Below are positions 28,841 to 44,417 of a stretch of DNA of 64,000 nt, in pieces. The stretch lies in NCBI RefSeq assembly GCF_009914755.1, contig NC_060925.1, one strand, 5' to 3'. This stretch comes from the human T2T-CHM13v2.0 reference genome, Homo sapiens. The notes beneath the pieces were generated by a model, which was not told the origin of the DNA, searched no databases, and was given only the letters and a program-made list of their open reading frames with translations. Each line of letters starts with the position of its first letter. Positions within the stretch are counted from its first letter, which is position 1. Made by a program: the position numbers and the translations under genes.

Positions 28841-31399
28841 TCAATACTTTTCAAACCACTGGCCTTCAGGGATCATAAAGGTGAGTGATGGGGTCAGAGG
28901 GTCCTGGCCTCCTTTGCCTGAAAAGTCTTGCATTCATTATTTCATTTGCGTAGTGGGGTAATCCATTGAGGTTTTAGCTCATCCATTAATTCATGCTCTG
29001 TTCTGACTGCCATGAGAGACTCCAAAGATCAAAGTGAGCTTTTTTCTCCCTCCATCTTAAGAAAGTAGCCAAACCTTCCCATTTGGAATTCTGACATTCT
29101 TGCTTTAGGGGTTTATGAACAACTTTTGAGTTTTAGGATGAAAAACCGATGCACAGGGACCAAGCGGGGTTTTGTTTGGAGGTGGGGAGTTCTGGAGGAG
29201 AGGAGAAGGAGTCTGGGGCTGAGAGTGTTCCTTCCTGGAAGAGAGGGGCTGGCAGGGGCCATGAGGGATAGAGGTCCATGCCTTTCCTGCCAAGGTGGTG
29301 GTGTTTGGTGGGTGGTTGGCTGCTGTGATTTTGAAGGTCAATGCTGTGGCCTTGAGAATAGTCACGGGTGGGAATATCATCAAGCATGTGCTGGTGTAAG
29401 GAATCACCAAAATAGGCATTTCTGTGTCTTCCTGAGTAGCAGGGTCTAAGAGATGGGTGAGGGTTGAGGAGGGTGGTCCTCCCTGTATGAGGAGCAGCAG
29501 CAGATGGCATTAAGAGCAGAGCCCCCTCCCTGGTGACTGAGGTGTGAGCTGGGAAAGAGGTAGCTTTACAGACTGGACATGGTTGATATTGGACCTCTTG
29601 GCTACCATGATGGGTAGAGACTGGGGCCAGATTTAAGGCACTTTAGAAGAATAAAGAATGTGAATGATGTGGGGGAATCCTCTGTTTGTTTGGCCTTTAG
29701 ATAAGAGTTCTTTTGGAGGAAAGGTGACTACACGTTTGCAACCCACTGTACTGACTGACCTCTAAGGTTCTTTCTGGAATAGATACTTGATGACATGGTA
29801 GCTTTAATGGTGGCTTGAGGGTGGTAATGTCCCAAACTAGGGGAATTCCTCTTGCATCTCCCCTCCCCAGAACTGCTGTGCACCAGGGGGCACACCTGTG
29901 AAAATGGTATAGTTTCAGCCATGGCTGGGGAGTAAAATGTGGACTGCCAATGTGGATGTGGTTCACGGAGCACACGTGAGACTCTGGGAGGCATGGTTGG
30001 AGACCCTGGGTCCCACCCTGCTCAAACCAGCGCTGATCTACTGATAACTGGAAGCACTCCGGCAAATTTACGGAATTCACGTTTGACCTGTTGGGCCACA
30101 AAACTCTCCAGCTTTGTCAGTATTCTTCAAAGGCACTGCCCCAGCCAAAGCAGAAGAGCCACCGGCCCCACTGGGGGGCCCAGCATGGGGGTTCACATGA
30201 GGGAAATGCCCATGATGGCAGGAACCCAAGTGCATACATGAATCAGAGGTGGTTTTTATGTGCCAGGTCACATCGGTCACTGTCCTCTGTGTTTTCCACG
30301 TCCTCAACGGGGTATGAGGGTCATCCCCAGGATCTGTCCCATAGACTGACTCACTCCTTCTGTTTTCTGGAAATTTAATCCAAATCAATTTCTCGTTTTC
30401 TTATGCGCGGGAAAGATTTGCTTGGAATTCATGAGGCTTTATCTCCAGGCTCTAGGAGGCACTGTGGCCGGTGGGGGATGGTGGGGGTGATAGAGTGTTC
30501 TAAGTGAAAGGAGAATTTCTATGTAAGCATTTCTGGCAAGTTGCCTAAAGAGATCTTAGTAGAAAAGGTCCTGAATTTCCAAGGCTCCAGTAATAATTTG
30601 TCATCATTTATCTTATTCTAAATAAATGTTCTTTCACACCTAATTTTATCTTAGTAATTCTGCATTCTTTTCTTTCTTTCTTTGTGCTTAGAGAGCACAA
30701 AGACTGTAGAAACAGGGACCAGACAGGGCTATGTCCAGCAGTCCCTCAAACACACCCTGTACTTCACGCTGTTGGTGCTTTTGTCTGGATCATTCACCCA
30801 CTGGCGTGTCCTTCCCAATCCTCATAGTGGGGCCAGAGCCTGGCTCAAAGTCAGCTATGCTTGGCCTGGCACGACTTTTTCCTCCTTCCAACAGTCCTGG
30901 GCATTTTCTTTAAAATTCACTTAGAAGTTCTCAGGCACAACTTTATGATATTTCTTCTGTTGTTTGTCTTGAACTGAACTTCAATACCAGATTGTGATTA
31001 AACATCTTGTATACATATTTTGTCATCCCTCCCCAAATCAGAGTGTAAGCTCCTTGAAGACAGTGACTGGTTTTCCACAAAGCATGGTTCATAGGAAATG
31101 CCTCAACACCTATCTGTTGGCTTATTTGAACATAATTCCTGTAATGTTTTTAAAGTTTTAAAAATTTGCTATCTATTCAATTTAAAAAGGCAGAACAGGT
31201 AGATATTTTCGCTGCTTTATAGAATCAAAAATTTCAGCTGAGACACAGCTCATGTAGGAACCAGAATTAGACCATTGTTCCAAGGTGAGACAATTAGAGA
31301 CCATTTTACATAAATGTTTCCATCTTATTTAAGTTCTTTCAAGAAAGTAGAAATTTCTAGCAAGTTCCTTACTAGCTGGTCTTGTTTATCAGGAAGACT

Positions 31400-32040
31400 T
31401 CTCTTCTGGCTACCCTGGCTCCTCTGTTCTGATTTAACGTTTATTTGTCTTTTCTCTACACAACTGGAGAGATCTTTTCAAAACCCTAACCATGTCGGTG
31501 CTCTTGCTTAAAACCCTTCAGTGACTGCTTCCCCGTTGAGTTGAAAGAAACCCAGAATCTTCTGTGACTCACCACCCTGGTGAGCAGGTCCTGCCTGCCT
31601 CCCCAGCAGTCTCTGCCCTTCTCTCACTCTGTTCTAGACACAGGGCTCCTCTTACACTTCCTAGGACACACCAAGTGCTCTCTGCCTCAGGACTTTTGTG
31701 CGTGCAGCCAGTGCCTCTGCCTGCTATTCCTCCAGCTCCTTATCCTGGGAGTCTCTGCTTAAATATCACTAACCTCCTCTGATAGGCCTTTTGGATGACC
31801 CATCATGAGTAGGCTCCTGCTCTGCTGGACTCTGTCACAGCACTATATTTATTTTCTAGACAGAATGTTTCATAGTCTGAAATAATTTTAGTCATCAGTT
31901 GCTCTAGCTGTTTATGATCTCTGGGACCCCACTAGATGTAGGTTCTATGAGGGCAGGGACCCTGTCTGTTTTATTGAGCGTGGTGTTACCCCAGCCCCAC
32001 CCCTACTTGTCACATGGCAGGGTTTTAATATGTATTTGCC
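31400..32040 (+). mobile_element. L2 3' region
   Basis: ttgcttaaaacccttcagtgact...ctgcctcaggacttttg...ctatgagggcagggaccctgtctgtttt. Confidence 0.75.
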
Positions 32041-33715
32041 AACTGGAGGACAGAAATATCTAATCTGTTAATCTTGGGGTAGAGGAGAGATCGGGACATA
32101 CCCCTCAGAGTTTGGTGGTAAGAGGTTCACCCAAGTCTGAGAGGCCTGGGCAGGAGGCGCCCTGAAGATAGGTGCCCATCTCTGGATCAAGTCCATCAGC
32201 TGGCTTGGCTGGCAGGACAGGGCCTTCACTCCCTCTGCTCTGGGCCCTGTGCATATACTCATGAAGTCAGGAAGCATTTCCTTTGTCCTTCCCTCTGGCC
32301 CCTGCCTACCAGCTTTGAGAAGGCCAGCAGGGAGCTGGTGAGCACCTGGTTCTGCCTGAATGGCTGGGAAAATGAGGTCGAGGAGACCCCCTCCTGTCCC
32401 TCATGGCTCCGTCTTTTCCTGAGGCCTCCAATGGTGAGCATTTGCCACTGAGCAAGCCTCAAGGAATAGATTTGGCAGTTTGTGTTCTCAAGGGAGGTGG
32501 AGATCACTCAGGGAGATGAGTCCAGATGAGGTTTTAAAATAAGCCATTGTTTGAGGCAACAGGGAACAGCCCATTTTGAGGCCCAGGGGCTCACCTGGGA
32601 GTTGGTGGATAAAAGAATGATCTCGTAGCTAGAAAAAGGGAAATCAGCTTCTGAGACTTTTTCCAGCTGCTCAGCTATAATACCATCCAAGAGGTGACCT
32701 TTAATGTGGGCGTGTGAGGCCAGCGTGCTGGGACAGACCAAAGGAATCAAGCCAAGAGATGCTGATGGCAAATTTAAACCAGTCAAGGGCAGAGTGGCCA
32801 GGGGCATAGCCTGTAGAAAGGGCAGCCAGAGAACGGGAAATTAAAAGAACTCCAGAAGCCAGCAATCGAACGTTAGGAAGAAGCCCAGTGAGTGGAGAGG
32901 GCTTTTGTGGAGGCCTGCAAACAGTGGGTGCCACAGTGGGAAAGCCAGCCAGGCAGTGCCCAGGGAAGTGGGTAGAGGGTACCACAACCCACCCTGAGAA
33001 CTGGCAGTGCTCGGAGATGGGGCAGTGTCTGGCGGAGGCGGAGGGAGATGGAAAATATCACTCCCCTACCCTCCCAGAGCAGGATGGTCAAAGATGCCTG
33101 GGCTTCAAAGGACATTTAGTGGCACTTAGTAAAGTCCATTTCATGTAAATAGCCTAATCCCTACCTGTAAGGAACATAACACCATCTCCATTTCCTAGAT
33201 ATGGAGACAAGCCCTGAGAGGTTGAATGAGTTGTCTGAGGCCCCTGGCTAGTTAGGGCAGAACCAGGACTTGAATCAGGTTTTCTGATGCTGAGATCAAA
33301 CCCTGGTCAGGTGTTTGGTCAGCATTTCAGGTCCCTGGAGGCTGTACCTACCCCTTACCTCCCGGTTCTCCTACCCGTCTCTCAGGAGCCTCCTCCTCTT
33401 CAGTTCCAGTCAGATCCAGGTACCAAGAGCCTTTGAGGCCCAAGCCTGGCAGGTTCTGCTGCTTTGCTCCATCACCCCATGAGGTGACACTTTTCACCCT
33501 GGACCCAGGACCCTAGGAAGCCCAGAGGCTCTGGCATTTGGGGTGGAGCAAGGCAGCAGTCTCTGGAGCCCAGAGTTCTCTTCAGGCTGCATCATCGGGG
33601 AAGAGGAGCCTGCACATTTGTAGGAAGTACCTGATTCCAACGAAACCTCCTTCAGGCCCAGGAGGATGGATCATTGGCCTGATTTGGGTGGTGCTTCTCC
33701 TTGTCTCAGAGAGGC

Positions 33716-34173
33716 TGTGGTAGATTGCACTAAAGGCCTCTATTCTTCCCTCACTCTGTATCCATGCCCTTTGCCATGTGACTTTGTGGATTTGATTTCC
33801 TTATTTTTTGAATCTGGGATTAGTCTTGTGACCCACTTTGGTCAATAGAATAAGGTGGAAGGGAGTCTGAGGCTTCCAGCCTGGACCTTGAGAGGCCTTG
33901 TGTGTTTCTGCTTGCTGTCTTGCTGTCTCCCTGAAAGGAACGTGTCTGGGCTGGTCTGCTAGCCTCAGAGATGGGGAGGATGAGAGACATAGGGCAGAGC
34001 CACCCCAGCTGAGCATCCCAGAGAGAGCCCCTGCAGGTCTACAGATGCTGCAGTGAGCTTAGCCCACATCAGCTGCTCCATGCAGGCGTGTGAGCTGTCA
34101 TTATTTAATTTTGTATGCTACCGGGGTTTTGTGGCTGTTAAGCAGCAGTCTACTGATAATAGCTAATAGATAC
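33716..34173 (+). mobile_element. Old MLT1 (G/H-like) solo LTR
   Basis: tgtggtagattgc...ccctttgccatgtgacttt...ttgtgacccactttggtcaatagaat...atagctaatagataca. Confidence 0.7.
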
Positions 34174-34819
34174 AGAGGCACTTTAAGGGTTAGGAAAGTA
34201 CTAGAAATCTGAAGAACTAGCTAAATATATTATGTAGAAACAGGAAAAAAAGAGTAAGAAAGCTGGTTGACCAAACCTTAGCTCAGGAAGGGATTAGCTC
34301 AGGAAGACGGGTGCACTGAGCTGATGGGGACCCCGAGAATGTGGGTGAAGGTCAAAGCCAGGTGTGCTCCATAGCCATGCTTGTAACCTCCATAGTCTGC
34401 TGCCTCTTGGCCTTTCTCCACACATCGCTCCAGGGTCTGAGGCTGTGTCTGAGGTCTTACAGCAAGAGGCAGACCTCAGAGTGGCCCTTCCACCTTCAGT
34501 AAGGGTCTCCTGGCTCCAAATGGCAGCCAGTTGCTGCCAAACCCCAGAGGTCACTTTTGAGCTCTGCAATGCCAAATTGGTCCTGCTCCCAGAAAACTGT
34601 GACGTGGCCTTGAGCCTATTTAGGCAGTTAGATTATACTCCAAGCACTGGCATTGCCCTGCCCTTGGAGCCTGAGAAACATCTCTTTGTATATCGGGCAC
34701 AGGAGAGAACAACTGGCTTGTGCCTTCCTTTGCTCCAGCTTCATTTCTTGAACATCTGTTTTCCCAGAGGTGGGCTAGGGTGCCAACTCCTGACAGGCAG
34801 CTAGAGTGAGTTTACTATG

Positions 34820-34938
34820 CATTTGTGTGTATGCGCATGTGTTTGACGGTATAAGTGTGCATGTGTGTGTGTGTATGTGTATGTGGGGTGAGACTGAGGC
34901 GGGACAATTCCGTGTGTGTGTGTGTGTGTGTATGTGTG
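34820..34938. repeat. (TG)n-rich simple repeats
   Basis: gtgtgtgtgtgtatgtgt tracts. Confidence 0.85.
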
Positions 34939-35359
34939 CTTATAGTCTGTGAAGCTCTCTTTATTCCTGGAGAGAACATAATGGGTTTACTGGATTATGG
35001 TTGTACTCTTCAATAATTTTTCTGCCCAGGGCCCCTGCTCGTGTCATTGCCTTTTCAATCCTTTCTTACTGGAAGTGCAGGAATTAGATCTGTGCTGGGA
35101 GAATCACGACTGCAGCCCAGTTAGGGGAAGAGGGAGCGAGTGTGGAGCCCCAGGCAGCCAGACTGGAAGAGAACAAGCTCTACCTGAACCCTTCTGCTCA
35201 GCCCCTGCCTGTCAGCCTGGACTTTTCATCTTATTTCCGGGCGTCAGAAGAAGGCCTCTGGGATTCCTGGGTTGGTTGACTAGTCAGGAAAGAGAGGCCG
35301 AGCTACAAGCAGCTGAAGGGAGCTTTGCAGCTCCTCCGGGTTCCCCAAGGCATTTTGTG

Positions 35360-35514
35360 CTGTGGTTCTCCAGCCCAGCTGTACATATGAGAATCAACTG
35401 GGAGGTTAAAAAATACCCATGCCTCAGACAGTAGAATCAGAAGCTTTGGGGGTGAGCAAGATGTTTTTATAACTCCCAGGTGATTCTCATATGCAGCCAG
35501 CATTGGAAGCACTG
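35360..35514. mobile_element. MER5-type hAT element
   Basis: gtggttctccagc...agaatcaactgggagg...ctcccaggtgattctcatatgcagccag. Confidence 0.7.
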
Positions 35515-35614
35515 CTTCCAGAGGTGAATCTGTAAACACCACCCTTGAGCTCTTTGACCAGATGGTGTTGGGGGCACCTGCTGGTGAGGCAGCTCTGTGA
35601 ATTAAGACACTGCC

Positions 35615-36130
35615 TGTAGTAGGCTGAACAATGGCCCCCAAAGATATCATGTCCGAACCCATGGAACTTACTACTTTATGAAATACTACCTTATTTGGAA
35701 AAAGGGTCTTTGAAGATGTGATTACATTAAGAATCTTAATAAGGGGATGTTATCCTGGATTACCCAGGTGGGTCTTAAGTGCTATCACATGAACTATTAT
35801 AAGAGAAGGCAGAGGGTGCTATTCACACCCATGGATGAGGCGATGTGAAAATGGAGCAGAGAGAAATGTGAAGAGGCTGGCCTTGCAGATCGGAGTGCTC
35901 GTTAGGGATCCCAAGACAAGGGATTCTAGAAATCACTGGAAGCTGGAGGAGGCAAAGAATGGACTTTCCCTTAGAGCCTCCAGAGGGAGTGTGGCCCTCT
36001 TGACACCTTGCTTTTGGTCCAGTGAAACAAACTCTGGTTTCTGGTTCTGGAACTGTGAGATGAATGTGTGTTGGTTTTAAGCCATGTGGTTTATGGTAAT
36101 TTGTTACAGCAGCCACAGGAGACTCATACA
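35615..36130 (+). mobile_element. MLT1C/D solo LTR
   Basis: tgtagtaggctgaacaatggcccccaaagatatc...tttgttacagcagccacaggagactcataca; perfect TSD CTGCC (35610-35614 and 36131-36135). Confidence 0.9.
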
Positions 36131-36797
36131 CTGCCCTTCATGAGAGGCCATGTGAAATGTTAGGTCAGGGTTACCCTTTATGGGCTAATTACCTGCATTC
36201 CCTAGCCCAGCATAAAACCTACTGAATTCAATCCTTCAGCCAACTGGTCAACTACTATTAACCAGGGGACCAGCCCAATGCTGGATACAATGGCAACTAC
36301 CAAGCAGGATGGGCAGTGACACGGTGCGTGGTCAGGACTGGGGTTGGCAACCTTTTTGGTTTTCTCCTTGCTGGTCACATGATGGTCAAGAAGAACTCGA
36401 GCTGGTAGGGATTATAGAAGCAGGGAGAAGTGGGTGATGGAAAGGGGATGGATTCCCTGGAGAGAACAGGTGAAAGTTTGGAGCTAGAAATGTGTCCAAA
36501 ATTTTTGGGAAACAAGAGCATGAACAAGCTTGTCTGGAGCTGAGATTTTATGAAGGGAGATTGTTCTTAAACTTCAGTGTGTTGAATGCCAGAGGAGTGG
36601 TGCCAAGAAATCTGTGTGTAATACAAGCTCCCTGGGTTCTTCTCATTTAGGCGATTCGCTGATCACATTTTGAGAAACACTGAGTTTGGGGACCATTGAG
36701 GTAGAAAGTTGAAGGAGTGGATTGCAGTCACACTAACTTTATTCTCTCAAATTAGCAAAATTTAAAATATTATTTGCTTTACTACTCAGCATTTCTT

Positions 36798-38880
<2,083 letters not shown>

Positions 38881-39653
38881 TAGCCTCCATATTTTTAAAT
38901 GACACATGTGTACTACTGTTTCCTGATGTTTCAATTTTTGGTGTTATCTCCCAACTTTCCCCTCAGGTTGATGATTAATTTTTCCATTCATCCCTGTCCC
39001 TCTCAACAGACCCAGTTCTTTCCCTCCATCTTCCCTGCAAAGCTTTTCATAATTTTTGGTTAAATAAAAATCAGTGTTTAGTTTTCTAGGTAAAATTATT
39101 CACAGCTAAGCCATTTAGTGTATTATGATTACATATCTTTTACGATATAACTTAGGTGTGTCTTAGAATAGTAATTGCTTATTTCTTATTGGCTTTGTTT
39201 TCTATGTACCTGTGATGGAGACAGCTAGCTGTGCCCCAGCATCCTTCCTTCTCTTCTCTGTAGTAAGAGAATTTTTAGCTGCATCTATTGGTGCCCAGCT
39301 AAAGCTACAGTTCCTATCCTCCTCCCTGATAGCTGGCTACAGTCATTGTGATGAGGTTTGGCTAACAGGAGGTGGGCAAATGTAATGTGGCCACATCTGG
39401 ATCTTGCCATAACAGGCTAGGCATGTACCATCCCATTTCTCCTTCTTCATTCTTGTGGACTGAAGTGCAGATGTGGTGGCAGGAGTGTGATCAGCCAACT
39501 TAGACCATAGGGTAGAAGTTGTGTGTTGAAGGAAGGACAACATAATACAAGATGCTTGTGTTACCATGAGAAAGAAAGATGCCTGCTATCTTGTTTGAGC
39601 TCCTATACTGTTGGGTCTTTGTGGGGCCTAGTATTAATAGCCATGATAGTACC

Positions 39654-39834
39654 TGTGGGCAGATTTTCCATGAGGTGAATGAAGCTCAAGCTTCAGGATC
39701 TCTCACTTGCCCAGGCCCCTTTCAGGGCCCTGGAAGGAGCCCTAGTCATTTTGTGTTTGTAGTTCTGTATTCTTTTCATTAAGGAAGCCCTCTAGTTATA
39801 TAAGCTTCAGGGCCCCAAAATTGGATCCCATCCC
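39654..39834 (+). mobile_element. MER53-like hAT element
   Basis: atgaagctcaagcttcagg...ctcacttgcccaggcccc...taagcttcagggcccc...ggatcc. Confidence 0.65.
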
Positions 39835-40571
39835 TCCAAGTATCTAAGGTAAAGACTGCTAGTTTTCCACCAGCATCCACTCTCCTCTCCTTTGGACCTT
39901 AGTTAAACTGCGTGTCCCAGCCTATCTTCCAGTTAAGTGTGACCCTATGAGCGGCAATGGTGTATGCTGCCTCCAGGACTGGCTCATAAAAGCCTCCCCC
40001 AGGCTTCTCTGTGCGTTGCCCCATTCTGTGTGCTTGGGAGGGTGACAACAAGAAGCTTGGAAGACAGGTGCTGAAGATGGGGGAGCATTTGTCAACCAGG
40101 GTCCCTGATGAATGTGATGGGGGAGTCACTTGCCAGTATGAATGTCTGTTCAAGGCCATTACACCAAAAAGAAATAAACATGTTGACTGTAAGCTGCAGA
40201 CTTTGGAGGGGTATATTTGTCTCTACAGATCAGCTTACTCTACCTAATACAGTGCCTGTCACTAATTGATCCCCACCTTACAGAACTCTAAATCTCATTG
40301 CAGCACAGTTAAACCTGCTTGCTAATGTATCAGTCCCAGTGATTTCTTTGGGAAAGCCCTCTAGGGATTGCTCAACTCCTCTAATCTGTTTTCTTGCTAG
40401 GTCTGTTGTATAGCTGTTAACGCTTACTGTCATCTTAGGGAATTCCTTTTGCTACTCTCCTGTGTTGCAGCCTGTTTTCTGGATTCTACATCCTAATTTT
40501 TCCTTATTTATTCATTTGTTTTGTTGTAACAAAAAAGATCTTCCAGTAGTTTCTAAGAAAGGGTACATGAG

Positions 40572-40677
40572 AGGTAAAATTGAAGAAATTTTGTATGTCT
40601 GGTTTATATTCTTGTACAATTTATAGGTAAAATTGAAGAAATTTTGTATGTCTGGTTTATATTCTTGTACAATTTAT
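40572..40677 (+). repeat. Perfect tandem duplication, 2 x 53 bp
   Basis: aggtaaaattgaagaaattttgtatgtctggtttatattcttgtacaatttat at 40572-40624 and 40625-40677, identical. Confidence 0.97.
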
Positions 40678-40679
40678 AA

Positions 40680-41133
<454 letters not shown>

Positions 41134-42237
41134 CTCAAAAGTCCTTTTTTTTCTTTGAATCAATCGATCAATCTTACTTTTTTCCCCCAGTGTTGTATCC
41201 TTGGTTCATGAATATGGTATCTTCTTTTATCTCTATGAGGATAAAATTACAGTTTAAAGAAATGTTTTCTTCTGTTTATTGCATTATTTCTTTTACCTCT
41301 GTGTTTCTTTCTTTTTCTGTTTTGGCCCTTCATTGTCATGTTTGAGAATTTCTTCCAAATATCTGGCAATTCTTGGCTGTTTATATTTAAGAGAGAGGTG
41401 TTAAGTCTCCTGGGAACTTCTGAGAGGTTTGTTGACAGGTGAGCCTCCCTAAAGCCAATACATTGCAGGCTCCCAAAGGTCAGTATCCCTATATTTTTTT
41501 ATGGCCCAGTTCCCAACAGAGAAATCCTTCATTCTCTTGCTTTGGAGTATAGCAGTGGCTGCTCAGAAGGGGAAGGGGTCTGTAGTGGAGATGGATCTCC
41601 ACCTTCGAAAAAGGACATGTTGGGCCAGCTTCTGGGATTGCTGTTAGTGACGGGCCCTCAGGTGTCATCCTTTATGGATATCCGAGCTGCAGGAAGCCAC
41701 CTTGCCCAAGGTCCTTCTGGTGTTGGCCCACAACCAATGGTTGATTAAGGTGGAGATATAAATGCCTGGCATTTTTGGCCCAACGTGGGCCAGTTCTATT
41801 GGCCCAACGTGGGACAATTTCAGTTCTAGAGACTCCATAGGGTTGGCTAAAGCTGTCAGACTTGAGTTGCAGCTCTATTCAAGTGCTGATCCCAAGAGTA
41901 CTCCCTAATAGACTTCCTGTGTGGTAAACTCTGTCTCATAGTCCACTTTCTAGGCAACCCAGTTTGCAGCAGTTTCTTGAGGAGCATTCCATAAAAGCAG
42001 ATGATAAGATGGGGCTTTGGAGCTGGATCATTCACCTGCCTTCCCAAGAATAATGATCCCATCATTGCTGCTGGGTGAGGCACAGACAGTCCCTGGTACT
42101 AGTCTAGTGGTTCAACCTTTCATCAGTTGTGGGTTTGAATGGTGTACCAGTAGAAGAAAACACATTAGCTGGTGCTATCCATCAGGTGTTAGAAAAAATG
42201 AGAAAAATACTGCTATAGACACAATAGGACTGGGTGA

Positions 42238-42730
42238 TGTCTGTCTTCCATTGCTGCTGTAATAAATTACCACAAATGTAGTGCCTTATACAACTCAAAT
42301 TTATTATCCTATAGATTTGTAGGTCAGAAGTCTGACAGAGGTCTCAAAAGCCAAGATGTCAGCCGGACTGTGATTCTTTCTGAAGGCTCCAGGGGATAGT
42401 GTTCTTCTTTACCTTTCCCAGCTTCTAGTGGCTGTCCGCATTCCTTGGCTTATGGCCCTTTCCACCATCTTCAAAGTCAGCAGTAATGGGTGGAGTCCTT
42501 CTCATGCTGCTATCTCTCTAGTTCTCTGCAGTCAGGAAAAGTTATCTGCCTTTAAGGACTCATGTGATTAGATTGGGCCCACCCAGACAATCCCGTATAA
42601 TCTCCCCTCCTTAAGGTCCTTAACCTTAATTGCATCTGCAAAGTCCTTTTTGACATGTAAGGTCACATATTCCATGGGCTGTGAGGATCAGAGCATGGCT
42701 ATCTTTGAGGACCCTTATTTTCCATTCATA
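42238..42730 (-). mobile_element. MLT1 solo LTR nested in the ERVL internal region
   Basis: attgctgctgtaataaattaccacaaa...taggtcagaagtctgac...attagattgggcccacccagacaatcc...catctgcaaagtccttttt. Confidence 0.85.
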
Positions 42731-42731
42731 G

Positions 42732-43091
42732 ATGGATATTGCTGAGTTTTATGAAGAGATAGAGAAAGATAACAAGAGGCTGAGAGTGGTTATCAGCCAA
42801 TTTAAAGCAAGGGTTAAATCCTCCTTGGCAGCATGTAAACAGGTTGTCTTGTCTTACAGAGGGAGGACAGGAAAAGAAGGCCAGGTCCAGGCCTTAGTGG
42901 TCAGAGTGGTTGATGTCCAAAGAAGGCTAAACTCCCAAACAAGGCAGGTCTTCTATGCCAAGGTCAGGGCCCTGGCTGGAAGAGGATACAATCCTGACAC
43001 ATGTATATCTGGGCCAAATCTCCAAAATCTTGACTTCTCAGATTTCCCTGAACTCTTTGAGCCTGCAGAAGTTGGTCATCCCCCCTATTAA
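42732..43091 (+). pseudogene. ERVL gag remnant (119 open codons)
   Basis: Similar to the ERV-L Gag motif Q..LN.QPRQV...KVRALIGKEWDP. Confidence 0.65.
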
Positions 43092-43104
43092 AAACTAGGA
43101 TTAC

Positions 43105-43476
<372 letters not shown>

Positions 43477-44028
43477 TCAGTATTTGTCCTGCCTCCTTTT
43501 GGCCACTAGATATGTAACCAGGGTTAAGTCACAGCACAGTCCAGCCAGGGATATGCTGAGCTTGATAAAGGAGGAAGGGAACTATCTGTCTTCCCAAATC
43601 TAGCCAGCATTTACTGGCAGGAACTGGAGGAGTTCTTTAGACTGGATTCTGAGAGTGCTTGATCATGAATGCCAGAGCTTAAGATCAAATATGGAAAGCA
43701 TATTGATTTGAATATGTTCACAAGACACATGATTTAATCAGATGGTGTGAACCCAAAACTAGAGTGGCTCCTAGAACTGTGCCCACCTAAGTTAGGTCAA
43801 AATGCCATAGTGGCCAAAACAAATGGCAGAGAAAGAATTAAAAGACTCAGGGTCATAGGTATGCTCGATGCATATACCACACGAGCCCAGGAAACCCACT
43901 AGATGAGCTTACACAATTTAAGGAATGCACTGTTGAGAGAGTCACCAACATCACAAAGTTTGGTTGTGGCTCTCCTCTGTGGACCAGAGCTAATGGTAGG
44001 AGGAACCATTATAAAACTAGGCTCACTA

Positions 44029-44111
44029 GGCTGGGCGCGGTGGGTCTTGCCTGTAATCCCAGCACTCTGGGAGGCTGAGGCATGTGGATCACCAGAGATA
44101 AGGAGTTCGAG
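44029..44111 (+). mobile_element. 3'-truncated, tailless Alu 5' fragment with flanking duplication
   Basis: ggctgggcgcggtgg...ggagttcgag; flanks ataaaactaggctcacta (44011-44028) and ataaaactaggttgacta (44112-44129). Confidence 0.85.
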
Positions 44112-44417
44112 ATAAAACTAGGTTGACTAGTAGCAGAAGGAATAGGACCCCAATACAATAGAAGCCAGGTGGCAGTATTTAGCGTCCAGAAGCCATTTAT
44201 GGATGCAATAATTGTAATGCATGGCAGAATCCATTATCATGGAGGCAATTATTATAGTGAGCTGCAAGTTCAGAGTGATAGCCAAAGGGGGTCTGACTCA
44301 CAGATAGTTGTGGAAATGATTAATGGAAGACAGTGTCCTTAGGGGCAAAATATATGGGTAGCAAACAAGGGTACTACTCAACTTGTACCAGCAGAAGAAA
44401 TCAAGAATAGATTGTCA

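Noticed and set aside
41776-41813. ttggcccaacgtggg x2, resembling a Lys PBS
   Set aside because: Inside the LTR16-like LTR rather than after it; a local micro-duplication.
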